34,546 nt of DNA, from sequence record SRR20825006_1258; one strand, written 5' to 3'. The number at the start of each line of letters is the position of its first letter. The first letter of the stretch is position 1. The notes under the pieces are model-generated. The model was not told the origin of the DNA. It did not search any database and saw only the letters and a list, made by a program, of their open reading frames with translations. This document shows positions 9,350 through 19,372 of the stretch, in pieces. Made by a program: the position numbers and the translations under genes.

Positions 9350-9468
9350 ATATCGCAGATTTAATCGATATTTACTCTTTTAGCTGACCTTTCAATCAAT
9401 ACTTCTCTACCACTAAAAATTAACTTTCACCGAGTTGTTACCTTCAACCATTTTTGAATTATATCGTT

Positions 9469-10377
9469 ATGAAAACACTCTTACTTATTCTAATTTCTAG
9501 CGCTTATTCGTTTTCTCAAAAATCTGGCGACAATTACATTACATATAACAATTACGCGAGTGAAGCTGAATATTATTTTCATGAAGGAATGTATGATTCG
9601 TCTTTGTATTATTTTGATCTAAGTTTTCAATTTGCGTCTGCTCCTCACCCTACCCATCATTACAAATATGCAAAGGCACTTTGGAAATTGAATGAAAACA
9701 AAGAAGCATTAAAAGAAATCTATCAAAACAAAGGAATTACGCAGGTCGATACCAACTGGTTTTCTGGATTGAGCACGTCGGAATATGAATCAATTAACGC
9801 TGCCTTAAAAAAGAACCTTATCACAACAAAAAGTGTTCAGCACTGTAGAGATTTCATCGATTCTTTAATGCTATTAGACCAGATGGTTCGCAAAGATTTT
9901 GACAGAAATGATTCTCTAAAATTGACTAGATTAAAGGATCAAGACAGCTTGAATGGCCTCACATTGATCAAATTTTCCATGGAATATGGGTTTCCCGCAG
10001 GAAAGAATGCTGGTTGGAGTCAAGATGCTGCAACCATTCTACTTCACATGTCGCCTGAGTGGTTCGTTGAAAATTATTCCATCTTGATTAAGGAAGTAAT
10101 TAAAGGAAATCTTGAACCTTGGATGCTCGCACGGGGGATTGATCGAATGTTCGCTGTAAAAGTTGGTGAAGATAAGGTAAGTCCAACCAACAGGTATTAT
10201 AATGAAAGTATCATCGATCCATTCTTAATGTTTCAAAATTGTATTGCCACGGGCGTTTCTCCCTATTATGATTACAATTGGTTCTCAAACCCAAAAAAGA
10301 CCATTCATTTTGAGTATTACAAGAAGAATAAAGCATACTATAATGCAACCGTGATGTATGTAAACGGGAATCATTAA
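9469..10377 (+). CDS. Exported helical hypothetical protein (TPR-like N-terminus, DQxVR...DSxN...GFP motif resembling DUF6624)
   Basis: Signal peptide MKTLLLILISSAYSFSQ from the ATG at 9469, and the motif LDQMVRK...DQDSLN...YGFP. Confidence 0.75.
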   Translation: MKTLLLILISSAYSFSQKSGDNYITYNNYASEAEYYFHEGMYDSSLYYFDLSFQFASAPHPTHHYKYAKALWKLNENKEALKEIYQNKGITQVDTNWFSGLSTSEYESINAALKKNLITTKSVQHCRDFIDSLMLLDQMVRKDFDRNDSLKLTRLKDQDSLNGLTLIKFSMEYGFPAGKNAGWSQDAATILLHMSPEWFVENYSILIKEVIKGNLEPWMLARGIDRMFAVKVGEDKVSPTNRYYNESIIDPFLMFQNCIATGVSPYYDYNWFSNPKKTIHFEYYKKNKAYYNATVMYVNGNH

Positions 10378-10490
10378 ATATTCTAAAATGCGGCCCCGTT
10401 ACCAATTGCTCTAAAAGTATTTCTAATTTTAGAATGAAACCTTTCGAGGGGTTCGAATGAGAATTCAATGGAGAATATAATAGACGGTAC

Positions 10491-11480
10491 ATGTGGTTTG
10501 AAAAGTTGACAGGATTTGCAGAAAAAAGTCCAGAGCACGTTAGAGAAAATATTGAGATTGTTGGAGACAAACTCATTTCAAAAGTCAATCATAAGGAGTT
10601 TACTTCTGGTAGGCTTGAAGTTCCAAGTTTAGAATCTCTACGTAACCAAACGTTAGCAATTAATTATCCAAAGGGGAAAATTTCGATTTCTGAAGTCGTT
10701 GGAAATGTTCAAAAGATGCACATGGATCTTGAAAACAACGGTGCATTTTTCCAAGCTGCTTCGCAATTCAATCTCCTAGAAATGGTAAGTCCTCAAGTTT
10801 CCCCAGAAAATGGAGTTGCGATCTACGAAAATGACTTTACACAAGGCCCAGCATGCGCCATAGCATGCGGAGCGGGTACAATTTATAGAAACTACTTCGC
10901 AAATGTGAATGGCAGAATAGGACAATCGAATGATAATCAAATAGACTGTTTGGCCGATCTTGGTGATGAATTAGGGAATGGCAACGGACTTCTTTGGAAA
11001 ATGACCAATGGATATGCCTTGCCTAGTTTGGAGGGACTAAAAAAGACCACCGAATTGATTCTCTCAAAATCACCTGAAGAATATGATCAATTAAAAAGCA
11101 AACTGAAAATTGGAATTCAATGGCATACTCAAGTAACCGTTAATTCTGGGAACAATCATGTTTCGCAGGCTTATTGTTCTGCTCTCCCTGTTTCTTATTC
11201 TAGTATAAGACCAGAATTATGGAGCGTTTTTGCTAAACTGGTTTTGGAAGCAACATACGAAGCCACCTTGCATGCTGCGTTAATTAATTATCAAGCAACA
11301 GGCAACAATAAAGTGTATTTCACTCTTGTAGGTGGTGGCGCTTTCGGTAATGATCGATCCTGGATTTTTGATTCAATGAGACTTTCTATGACTAAATTCA
11401 CAAACACTCCACTAGATATTAGAATTGTGAGCTATGGTGGATCGAATAAAGATGTACGCGACTTTGTAGAATCATTTTAG
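10491..11480 (+). CDS. Uncharacterised protein, probable macrodomain/PARG-like fold
   Basis: Motifs FQAASQFNLLEM, YENDFTQGPACA and TLVGGGAFGN. The last resembles the macrodomain diphosphate-binding loop. Confidence 0.65.
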   Translation: MWFEKLTGFAEKSPEHVRENIEIVGDKLISKVNHKEFTSGRLEVPSLESLRNQTLAINYPKGKISISEVVGNVQKMHMDLENNGAFFQAASQFNLLEMVSPQVSPENGVAIYENDFTQGPACAIACGAGTIYRNYFANVNGRIGQSNDNQIDCLADLGDELGNGNGLLWKMTNGYALPSLEGLKKTTELILSKSPEEYDQLKSKLKIGIQWHTQVTVNSGNNHVSQAYCSALPVSYSSIRPELWSVFAKLVLEATYEATLHAALINYQATGNNKVYFTLVGGGAFGNDRSWIFDSMRLSMTKFTNTPLDIRIVSYGGSNKDVRDFVESF

Positions 11481-11569
11481 GAGGGGAAAGGCAGTCGATA
11501 ATTTGAATAATGGCTATTGACAATAGCAAAGTAACATGTAAATTTCTTAAAAAATCAACTTGAAAAGTA

Positions 11570-11941
11570 TTGGAGCAAATAATAAAAATAGAGACCGACT
11601 ATGGAGTACTTGAGGGAAGAGATAGTATTTATCTCGACAAGCTAAACTATTTGACAGAAAATCAATTGTTACTTGAAGGAGAATTCAATACAAATTCAGG
11701 GTTCATAAAATATGCAATCACATTCTCAGGTGTTCTTTACTTGAAATCGGTAGAACTAGATTATTATGAGGGAAATCAATTAGCAAGTTTTGGTTTCATA
11801 CAAAATTCAAGACTAATCAAAAGGTTAAAAAAACTCGATCACTCCAATAAACTAGGTACTGATCATAAGCACTATTATTTTAAGACCTACGATACAGCAT
11901 TCGAAATTGTGTCTAGTAAATACTCCTTGCAGCATCCATGA
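11570..11941 (+). CDS. Hypothetical protein
   Basis: 123-aa ORF with a TTG start and protein-like motifs (GRDSIYLD, ELD, HKHYYFKTYD). Its stop overlaps the next ATG. Confidence 0.7.
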   Translation: MEQIIKIETDYGVLEGRDSIYLDKLNYLTENQLLLEGEFNTNSGFIKYAITFSGVLYLKSVELDYYEGNQLASFGFIQNSRLIKRLKKLDHSNKLGTDHKHYYFKTYDTAFEIVSSKYSLQHP

Positions 11942-12087
11942 ACGTCGAATCATATAAAGTAAAAGACTGGAAGAATCGAGGAAAAGGTTTTCTTATTTCC
12001 GAAAATGAAGAGTGGATTTTGGTGAAACATATCCCGACTGATTATGTTGTGGATAGATTTAAACTAAATAGAAAGGCACTTCTTTGA
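11938..12087 (+). pseudogene. 49-codon ORF, probably a truncated gene
   Basis: ATGA overlap with the upstream stop. It reads MNVESYKVKDWKNRGKGFLISENEEWILVKHIPTDYVVDRFKLNRKALL and is absent from the ORF track. Confidence 0.45.
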
Positions 12088-12120
12088 AAAGTCTATTTAC
12101 ACCACAAATAACAATATTAA

Positions 12121-12696
12121 ATGAATATAATTAAGCACGGAATTAGTCTAGTAGCCCCAAACGCAGTCCTTGAATATCAATCCTCCATAGGGAATCGCAT
12201 CATTTACAAAGAAAAGAATAAAGCATGCATTTTTATAGTCGTCAACGGGGAGCACTATATTCGATGGGGATTGAGCTTTATCGGAATTGCCTTGTTATCC
12301 GTCATCGGAATACTGACTAACATTAAAAATTTCAACTGGTTCATCCTCTTTGTAGTTGGTTTAGTAACTCTTCCTTTTCTAGCAGTTGGAATTAATTACA
12401 TTCGCAAAGCACGGTCAAAAACACTACTTAAATTTGATCACCTCAAAAAAGAGATTGTTCTAAACGATACATATCGCCTCTCCTATTCCAAAGTGAAATC
12501 ATTCACCATATCTTTGCTCGATTCAAGTAAAGATGGAGACAATTACGAAGCGTATCAACTGAACCTATTGTATGGCAACAAAGAACTCGTTTTAATCAAC
12601 GCTGACTCCTATAAATCTATCTTGTATGCTGCCGAATTTCTTTCCAAAGAAACAGAAATTCATCTTAGACGCGATATCATTGAAAACATCCGTTAA
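12121..12696 (+). CDS. Hypothetical membrane protein (two TM helices plus soluble C-terminal domain)
   Basis: Two hydrophobic segments, WGLSFIGIALLSVIGIL and WFILFVVGLVTLPFLAVGI. Confidence 0.7.
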   Translation: MNIIKHGISLVAPNAVLEYQSSIGNRIIYKEKNKACIFIVVNGEHYIRWGLSFIGIALLSVIGILTNIKNFNWFILFVVGLVTLPFLAVGINYIRKARSKTLLKFDHLKKEIVLNDTYRLSYSKVKSFTISLLDSSKDGDNYEAYQLNLLYGNKELVLINADSYKSILYAAEFLSKETEIHLRRDIIENIR

Positions 12697-13130
12697 ATTC
12701 GACTAATTGCACACTGTGGTTCAATTTGCTCATACCATTGAGAAGTTTCTTTACTGTTATCCGATAAATGAAATCCACATTCCGAACCGCCAATTGTATA
12801 AAGCGTTTTTGGTGAAGAGATGAAATAAATATTCTCAAAACCTTTCTCAATTTTTCGTCCCAATTTAACTTCTTCAGGTCGCTTTTCTGAATAATAAAAC
12901 CACGTTCTTTCTCCATCTTCGCCTTCAATGAGCTTTAAAAACTCTCCTGTGCCCAGATCGTCGGATTTAAAAATGAAAGTCGTTGGATCAACAGGTACTT
13001 CTTCAACTTCTTCGGGCATCATTACTTCCTCAGAATTTCCCTCAATAGACTGATTTTCTGGTTCAGCCGCGCATCCGACCATCAATAATCCCAAACCAAT
13101 TGTAAAAAGAAGCTTCTCAAAACGTTTCAT
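12693..13130 (-). CDS. Hypothetical lipoprotein
   Basis: Signal peptide with lipobox MVGC, followed by an acidic linker. Confidence 0.8.
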   Translation of the reverse strand: MKRFEKLLFTIGLGLLMVGCAAEPENQSIEGNSEEVMMPEEVEEVPVDPTTFIFKSDDLGTGEFLKLIEGEDGERTWFYYSEKRPEEVKLGRKIEKGFENIYFISSPKTLYTIGGSECGFHLSDNSKETSQWYEQIEPQCAISRI

Positions 13131-13227
13131 ATTCTAAATTTTAGATCAAAATAGCCAATTTTTTCAAATCGCTTACTCCCAAGTTGTGCTATTTTTACAA
13201 TTGATTAAATCCTGCATAACTCAGTCC

Positions 13228-14247
13228 ATGAAATTCTTCTGTTGCCTTGTTCTATTATCGCTTTTCGCCTGTTCTACTTCAGAAAATGTGAGTGAGCCTA
13301 ATGAAGTAATTTGGAAATCAACAGTTGATTCTTTGCTCATCAATAGCGACTTTAATGGCGTTATCTTGATCCAGAAAGATGACAAAACAATCTACTCAAA
13401 CACCAAAGGTTTTAGCAACTTCGACGCTAAAACCAAACTAAAACTCAGTGATCAATTCGTGATTGGCTCAATTAGCAAACAAATTACCACAGTTTTGGTC
13501 ATGAGAGCTAAAGAAAAGGGCAAAATCGACTTAAACCAAACCATCGATAAGTATCTTCCAGAACTTCTGCAACCGTGGGCAAAAGAAGTCACCATTCATC
13601 ATCTGCTCACGCACACACACGGAATCGTTTCGGAAGACGCGCCTCTTGAATTCAAACCAGGAAGCCAATTCAGTTATTCCCAACTCGGTTATGAACTTCT
13701 TGCTCAAGTTTTGGAGAACGTAGAACAACAATCATTTCAGGAATTGTCGACATCGCTATTTCGTGAAAACGGACTAAACGATACATTTCATCCAGATGAC
13801 GAATCTTACATTCGACTTGTGAAAGGATACGAAACTTTAGAAAACGGAACCGTTTCTGTCGCATTGAATAGTCTAAAAAACTATGTTGCCGCTGGATCAT
13901 TTATTTCTACAGCGTCCGATTTAAGTAAATGGAATTACTTGTTGCACAGCGGAAAACTAGTCAAAAAACCAACTTATGAATTAATGCAAATGGATCATGC
14001 TACGAGAATTCATCCCATTTTTGATTCGATTCAATACGGTTATGGATTGGTGTTTAAAAAAGGACAAAACGCTATTGAAATAGGGACTTTTGGCTACGCG
14101 CCAGGATTTGTTTCGACCTCCTATTTCTATCCGAAATCTAAGATTAGTCTCGTAGTACTCTCCAATTTAGCAAACGATCCGAGTGATTTTAAAAAGATCT
14201 TTTGGATCCATACTGAGTTGATGAAAATCATGAAGAAATCGAACTAA
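13228..14247 (+). CDS. Serine hydrolase (beta-lactamase-like) lipoprotein
   Basis: Lipobox LFAC after the ATG at 13228, with SISK, LLTHTHG and FSYSQLGY motifs. Confidence 0.88.
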   Translation: MKFFCCLVLLSLFACSTSENVSEPNEVIWKSTVDSLLINSDFNGVILIQKDDKTIYSNTKGFSNFDAKTKLKLSDQFVIGSISKQITTVLVMRAKEKGKIDLNQTIDKYLPELLQPWAKEVTIHHLLTHTHGIVSEDAPLEFKPGSQFSYSQLGYELLAQVLENVEQQSFQELSTSLFRENGLNDTFHPDDESYIRLVKGYETLENGTVSVALNSLKNYVAAGSFISTASDLSKWNYLLHSGKLVKKPTYELMQMDHATRIHPIFDSIQYGYGLVFKKGQNAIEIGTFGYAPGFVSTSYFYPKSKISLVVLSNLANDPSDFKKIFWIHTELMKIMKKSN

Positions 14248-14993
14248 GAACGATCCTCTTCCTTCAGAACATTCGTTTTGTGCTTTAAGATTTTCAGCAC
14301 ATACGCAAATAACAAAGCGACGAACAATACAATGCCGTGTATCCATTTCCACTGAACAGATTCGTTAAAAATCCATTCACGAACAAAATCAACGTAAACA
14401 AAACCGATTATTGCGGCAGAAATCCCTGGATATTCTCTTCTGAGAATCGTTTTCATTGAAAAAGTAACGTTCGTTGGTACATAATGCTTTCTAGACGGAA
14501 TAAAAGAAGGTGTTTTTTCTGACCATTTAAGAAATTCATCTCCAAATTCTCGCTCCAAAAATTCCTCTTCCGAAAACATAATTCGTTCATAATACAGCCA
14601 AAACGCAAGCATTACAACCAAAATAAACCAAGCATTTGCTGTGTACACAACAATTCCCATCCACATGAAAAAATTCCCCAAGTAAAGCGGATGTCGAACA
14701 GTTGAATAAATCCCAGTTTTGTTCAATGCTTTGGCTTCGTGTCCCCATGTATTTCTACCAGAAGTTTGTTTTGCGCTTTTTCCTATGGCTAGGGAACGAA
14801 TAATTTGCCCTGTGAACGAAATTAATGCACAGGTTATCAACAACGAAACCTCAAACCAATCATGCTTTTTAACAAACTGTAAATCAGATAAGTAAATAGC
14901 TGGAATTGCAGCCGCAAATAACACTAGTGGTAGTTGACCACGGTGTTTAAAAAGTATAATGCCTTTTTTTTCGAAATCGTGCCTCAGAGCCAT
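14244..14993 (-). CDS. ICMT/PEMT-family membrane methyltransferase, LmtA-like (lipid A phosphate methyltransferase)
   Basis: SGRNT, GIYSTVRHPLYLGNF, YYERIMFSEEEFL and TPSFIP motifs with several TM helices. The likely start is MALRHDFE at 14993. Confidence 0.75.
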   Translation of the reverse strand: MALRHDFEKKGIILFKHRGQLPLVLFAAAIPAIYLSDLQFVKKHDWFEVSLLITCALISFTGQIIRSLAIGKSAKQTSGRNTWGHEAKALNKTGIYSTVRHPLYLGNFFMWMGIVVYTANAWFILVVMLAFWLYYERIMFSEEEFLEREFGDEFLKWSEKTPSFIPSRKHYVPTNVTFSMKTILRREYPGISAAIIGFVYVDFVREWIFNESVQWKWIHGIVLFVALLFAYVLKILKHKTNVLKEEDRS

Positions 14994-15053
14994 TGAAAAA
15001 GAATATGTATATTGCGATTTTTCAATCACGAAGGTAATAGAATTAACACTACT

Positions 15054-15443
15054 ATGGCAGAGAAGGAGAAATATGAGATGGAATATCTCTTGAAAACCTC
15101 AATAAAAGTTTTGGATAACATGGTCAGCACACCAAGTGGGTTGAGCGAGTGGTTTGCCGATGACGTGAATATCAAAGATGACATTTACACGTTCATCTGG
15201 GATGGTAGTGAAGAAGAGGCCCGACTCCTTTCAAAGAAGACGAACTCCAAGGTCAAATGGCAATGGATTGAGGATGAAGAGGACGATTTAAGCACGTACT
15301 TCGAAATGAGGTATGATGTTGACCCAATGACAAAAGCGGTAATTTTAACGGTAACGGATTTTGCGGAACCCGATGAAAGAGATGAATCGAGCCGATTGTG
15401 GGATCAACAAATCACCCAATTAAAACGCTTGCTCGGCGCATAA
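15054..15443 (+). CDS. START-like domain protein (Bacteroidota)
   Basis: STPSGLSEWFADDV, YTFIWDGSEEEA, VTDFAE and LWDQQITQLKRLLGA motifs. The likely start is the ATG at 15054. Confidence 0.85.
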   Translation: MAEKEKYEMEYLLKTSIKVLDNMVSTPSGLSEWFADDVNIKDDIYTFIWDGSEEEARLLSKKTNSKVKWQWIEDEEDDLSTYFEMRYDVDPMTKAVILTVTDFAEPDERDESSRLWDQQITQLKRLLGA

Positions 15444-15493
15444 TTCGTAAGTTTTTTCGTTTCTATTAAATTATGAAGTAATTCTTCTCAGGC

Positions 15494-16957
15494 TTGAAAC
15501 GTCTTTACACTTTTAGTATTCGTTCATTTGCTGGTCCATTTATTGTGACCTTCGCAATTTCAATGTTTATTCTAATCATGCAATTCGCATGGAAATACAT
15601 TGACGATTTAATGGGGAAAGGACTTTCCATTAGTGTCATCGCTGAATTGTTGTTTTACGTTTCGGCTGGATTGATTCCTTTGGCACTTCCGTTGGCTATT
15701 CTGCTTTCTTCCATCATGACTTTCGGGAATTTATCGGAGCACAATGAATTAACAGCACTAAAGTCGAGTGGATTGTCACTTTATCGGATTATTCGTCCAC
15801 TTACAATGGTCGTTTTTGTTATCGCCGTTTTTACGTTCTACTTTGCGAACTATGTAATCCCCGTAGCCAACTTGAAATGGCATACGATGATTTTTGATAT
15901 TCAACAGAAAAAGATTTCATCCATCTTAACGCCAGGAAGCTACAGCTCTGAACTTGATGGGTATGCAATCAAAATTGACGCCGAACACAACGACACTTTT
16001 AAAGGAATTTTGATTCACGATCACACGAAGCCAACTGTTCTCAAAACAGTGCGTGCAAAATCGGGAAAAGTCTATAAATCGACAAACGGGAAATACCTGT
16101 TTTTCGAACTTCATGACGGATACGTAGCCGAAGAGCTCGCTCCTACTCCTCCCAACTATCTTCCAAACGGAACTAAGCATGGAGTCCCAAATTCTCGTCC
16201 TGCACAGCGAACAACCTTCGAGACCGCTACATATAAAATTGACTTGTCAGGATTCGATCTTAGTAAATCGCAAGAAGAGCTTTTCAAGGATAAACACGAA
16301 ATGCTGAACGTCTTTCAAATTAAAGACGCCATGGATTCCATTCAAGAAAATGCCACTGGAATTCTGAAAAATTTTGTCTTAAATATAAAGTTGGATCATC
16401 CCTACTTTTTAGCGCATAGTTTTGAAGAGCAATCTAAAAAAGATACCGTAAACGATCCCGAGTTACAACCCGAATTGTTTGCGCCAGACACTCTAATTGT
16501 ATTTAATAACTTAAGTACAGCAGACAAAATTAAAACCATAGGATTGGCACAAACCAAAATTAGGGGACGAGTCAACAATATCGAAGGGCAAGCTCAATTC
16601 ATCTCATCAATGGAAAAGGATATGAACGATTTCTTGATCGAAGCAAATAGAAAGTTTGCTCTCACAGTAGCGATCATTATTCTGTTTTTTATTGGCTCAC
16701 CGCTTGGAGCAATTGTTCGAAAAGGAGGTTTTGGTGCTCCGGTAGTCATCGCAGCATTGTTATTCATGGTCTATTTTGTCTTGCTAACGATTGGTGACAA
16801 TCTAGCTGCTTCTGGCTCAGTTTCTCCTTATACGGGAATGTGGCTTCCCTCGATGATCCTCGCTCCTATTGCGTTTTGGCTCATGCGCTCTGCTGCAAAT
16901 GACTCGCCAGTATTTAGCAAGGAAGCTTGGCTCAAATTCATCAAATTAAAAAGATGA
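15494..16957 (+). CDS. LptF/LptG family LPS export permease
   Basis: PLALPLAILLSSIMTFGNLSEHNELTALKSSG and FFIGSPLGAIVRKGG motifs, with a 3+3 TM layout around a periplasmic domain. Confidence 0.92.
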   Translation: MKRLYTFSIRSFAGPFIVTFAISMFILIMQFAWKYIDDLMGKGLSISVIAELLFYVSAGLIPLALPLAILLSSIMTFGNLSEHNELTALKSSGLSLYRIIRPLTMVVFVIAVFTFYFANYVIPVANLKWHTMIFDIQQKKISSILTPGSYSSELDGYAIKIDAEHNDTFKGILIHDHTKPTVLKTVRAKSGKVYKSTNGKYLFFELHDGYVAEELAPTPPNYLPNGTKHGVPNSRPAQRTTFETATYKIDLSGFDLSKSQEELFKDKHEMLNVFQIKDAMDSIQENATGILKNFVLNIKLDHPYFLAHSFEEQSKKDTVNDPELQPELFAPDTLIVFNNLSTADKIKTIGLAQTKIRGRVNNIEGQAQFISSMEKDMNDFLIEANRKFALTVAIIILFFIGSPLGAIVRKGGFGAPVVIAALLFMVYFVLLTIGDNLAASGSVSPYTGMWLPSMILAPIAFWLMRSAANDSPVFSKEAWLKFIKLKR

Positions 16958-18135
16958 AAATTCTCTACGTTTCAAGTAAACCGGCATATCCCAAAACCGA
17001 TGGAGGAACGTTTGCTGTAGCTTCATTTATTGATACGCTTTTGGCCGCAAAGTTTGAGGTAACTTATTTGACAATTGCAACAGAGAAACACCCGTTTAAA
17101 CTTTCTGCTTTTCCAACGCGGATTCAAGAAAGTTTAAAAATCGAAAACTGTTTTGTAGATACTTCTGTTCGTCCTTTGAATGCTTTTCTTCACTTGTTCA
17201 AACGCGGTTCTTTTAACGTTGACCGTTTCCATTTTAAAGAAATGGTTCAACAAATTGAACAATTGCTTCGCGATAACGATTTCGAATTGGTCATTTTAGA
17301 CAGTTTATTCACAACGACATATTTATCAACCATTCGTTCGAATTTTAATGGAAAAATCCTGATTCGCACGCACAACGTGGAAGGTGATCTTTGGTCCTTT
17401 TACGCAAGCAGCTCAAATGGAATCAAATCGATCTATTTAAAAAAATTAGCCCGCGATATTCAGAAATATGAATCGATTGCACTTCAAAAGTGTGATGGAA
17501 TTCTCTCCATTTCCGATGCTGATAATAAACGATTTAAAGAACTGGGAATCGATACACCTTTGTGTACACTTCCAGTTTCACTTTGTGATCAAAACCCAAA
17601 AATGAACTACGATCACAACACCGTTTATCACTTCGGGTCAATGAATTGGGAGCCCAATAGAGAATCTGTAGATCAGTTAGTTGCCGTTTGGGAAGATGTT
17701 TTGAAGAAAAACCCAACCGCGAAATGTGTTATTGCTGGAAGCGATTCGAATAAATTCTATTCTTCAGATGAATCTAAAAACATTGAAGTCCGTGGATTTG
17801 TGGATGATCCAGTTCAATTCTCTCAAGAAATGGGGATTTTAGTTGCGCCAATTTCAACTGCTTCTGGTATTAGAATAAAGATCTTGGAAGCCATGAACGC
17901 AGGAATTCCGATTATCACAACGACCATTGGAGCGCTTGGAATCGATCATGAATCAAGTAACTGTCTCGTTATTGCCGATAGCAACGAAACACTGATTGAT
18001 AAGATTGTGGAACTGATTCAAAACAGAAGTTTGCGAGAAGAAATTGGGACAAATGGACATGAATATCTCGTCAAAAACCATAATATTGCCGACACAAGTC
18101 AAAAATTAATTGAATTCGTCAGAGCAACTCACTAA
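16954..18135 (+). CDS. Glycosyltransferase family 4
   Basis: PAYPKTDGG, HNVE, FGSMNWEPN and SGIRIKILEAMNAGIPIITT motifs. ATGA overlap with the LptF/G gene stop. Confidence 0.9.
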   Translation: MKILYVSSKPAYPKTDGGTFAVASFIDTLLAAKFEVTYLTIATEKHPFKLSAFPTRIQESLKIENCFVDTSVRPLNAFLHLFKRGSFNVDRFHFKEMVQQIEQLLRDNDFELVILDSLFTTTYLSTIRSNFNGKILIRTHNVEGDLWSFYASSSNGIKSIYLKKLARDIQKYESIALQKCDGILSISDADNKRFKELGIDTPLCTLPVSLCDQNPKMNYDHNTVYHFGSMNWEPNRESVDQLVAVWEDVLKKNPTAKCVIAGSDSNKFYSSDESKNIEVRGFVDDPVQFSQEMGILVAPISTASGIRIKILEAMNAGIPIITTTIGALGIDHESSNCLVIADSNETLIDKIVELIQNRSLREEIGTNGHEYLVKNHNIADTSQKLIEFVRATH

Positions 18136-19318
18136 GCCCAAGCTCATCATGGTGGTTTCTCGTTTTCCATATCCATTGGAAAAAGGAGATAAGCTACGTG
18201 CGTTCCATCAATTAAAAGAGCTGAAGCACCATTTTTCTATTACACTTGTCGCAATTTGTCACCGCGACATTGGAGATGAAGAAAAAAAAATCGTCGCAGA
18301 ACAATGCGAAAAGTTGGTTTTATTCCGTCAAAGCTGGACACAAAAAATCATCCAGATTCTGCTAGCTTGGATAAATGATAAACCGCTTCAAGTAGGTTAT
18401 TTCTATAATCGAAAAGCGTATAAATGGATTCAAAAATACATTGGCGATGAAAAAATTGAGTTCGCTTATTGTCAACTCATTCGTTGCTCCGAATACTTAA
18501 AGGACAATCATCATCTGATAAAAACACTCGATTACCAAGACGCTTTTAGCTTAGGAGTGAAGCGGAGAATTGAAAATGCTCCGTTCTACAAACGCTGGTT
18601 GTTCCGAATGGAAGCCAATAGATTACTGCGTTATGAAAGTCGAATGTTTGATTTTTTTGAACACAAAACAATGATTAGTGAACAAGATCAACGGTTCATT
18701 ATGCATCCAGACGCTGCGGAAATCGTCTGTGTTTCAAACGGAATTGACCCTACTTTTTTTGAAGAATTATCTCAGAAAAAAACGCACGATTTGGTTTTTG
18801 TTGGAAACATGAGTTATCCACCGAATATTGAAGCGGCGACCTATCTTTCAGATCAGTTACTTCCTCTTCTCCCGGAATTGAACTTACTAATTTCGGGATC
18901 ATCTCCACACGCCCGAGTAAAAAAAATTGCTCAACATCCGCGTATTGAACTCACAGGTTGGATAGACGATATTAGAACTTCCTACGCTCGCGGTAGAATC
19001 TTCGTTGCCCCGATGATGATTGGAACAGGAATGCAAAACAAGCTTCTTGAAGCAATGGCAATGGGAATCCCGTGTGTTACTACTTCCCTAGCGAATAATG
19101 CAATTAAAGCCGTTCATAAGGAACAGATTCTTGTGGCAGAAACACCAAGTGAATTCGTAAGCGCTATTGAACTTCTGTTGAATGATCCTGATTTTTACGC
19201 CCACATTTCCCACAATGCGCGTGAGTACGTAAAAAATAACTTTTCTTGGGAAAAGACGACCAACGCTTTGGTGGACGTGATTCAGAAGCGCCCAAAAGGC
19301 AAAATCAACGCAAAGTAG
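18110..19318 (+). CDS. Glycosyltransferase family 4
   Basis: [24 protein letters not shown] and [19 protein letters not shown] motifs. Confidence 0.9.
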   Translation: MNSSEQLTKPKLIMVVSRFPYPLEKGDKLRAFHQLKELKHHFSITLVAICHRDIGDEEKKIVAEQCEKLVLFRQSWTQKIIQILLAWINDKPLQVGYFYNRKAYKWIQKYIGDEKIEFAYCQLIRCSEYLKDNHHLIKTLDYQDAFSLGVKRRIENAPFYKRWLFRMEANRLLRYESRMFDFFEHKTMISEQDQRFIMHPDAAEIVCVSNGIDPTFFEELSQKKTHDLVFVGNMSYPPNIEAATYLSDQLLPLLPELNLLISGSSPHARVKKIAQHPRIELTGWIDDIRTSYARGRIFVAPMMIGTGMQNKLLEAMAMGIPCVTTSLANNAIKAVHKEQILVAETPSEFVSAIELLLNDPDFYAHISHNAREYVKNNFSWEKTTNALVDVIQKRPKGKINAK

Positions 19319-19364
19319 TCCGCTATTTTCTGGGATTCCTGCCCTTCAAGTTAACTATTTGGAG

Positions 19365-19372
19365 TAATTTTG
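19365..19372 (+). promoter_or_regulatory. Bacteroidota sigma-A -7 box for ribBA
   Basis: TAATTTTG lies 20 nt before the ATG at 19393. Confidence 0.55.

Noticed and set aside
12693-12696. Convergent genes sharing stop codons (also 14244-14247)
   Set aside because: This is common in compact AT-rich genomes and shows no sign of a specific function.
13672-13692. YSQ instead of YxN in the second serine hydrolase as a sign of inactivation
   Set aside because: The catalytic Ser, Lys and Tyr are intact, and the third position varies in this superfamily.
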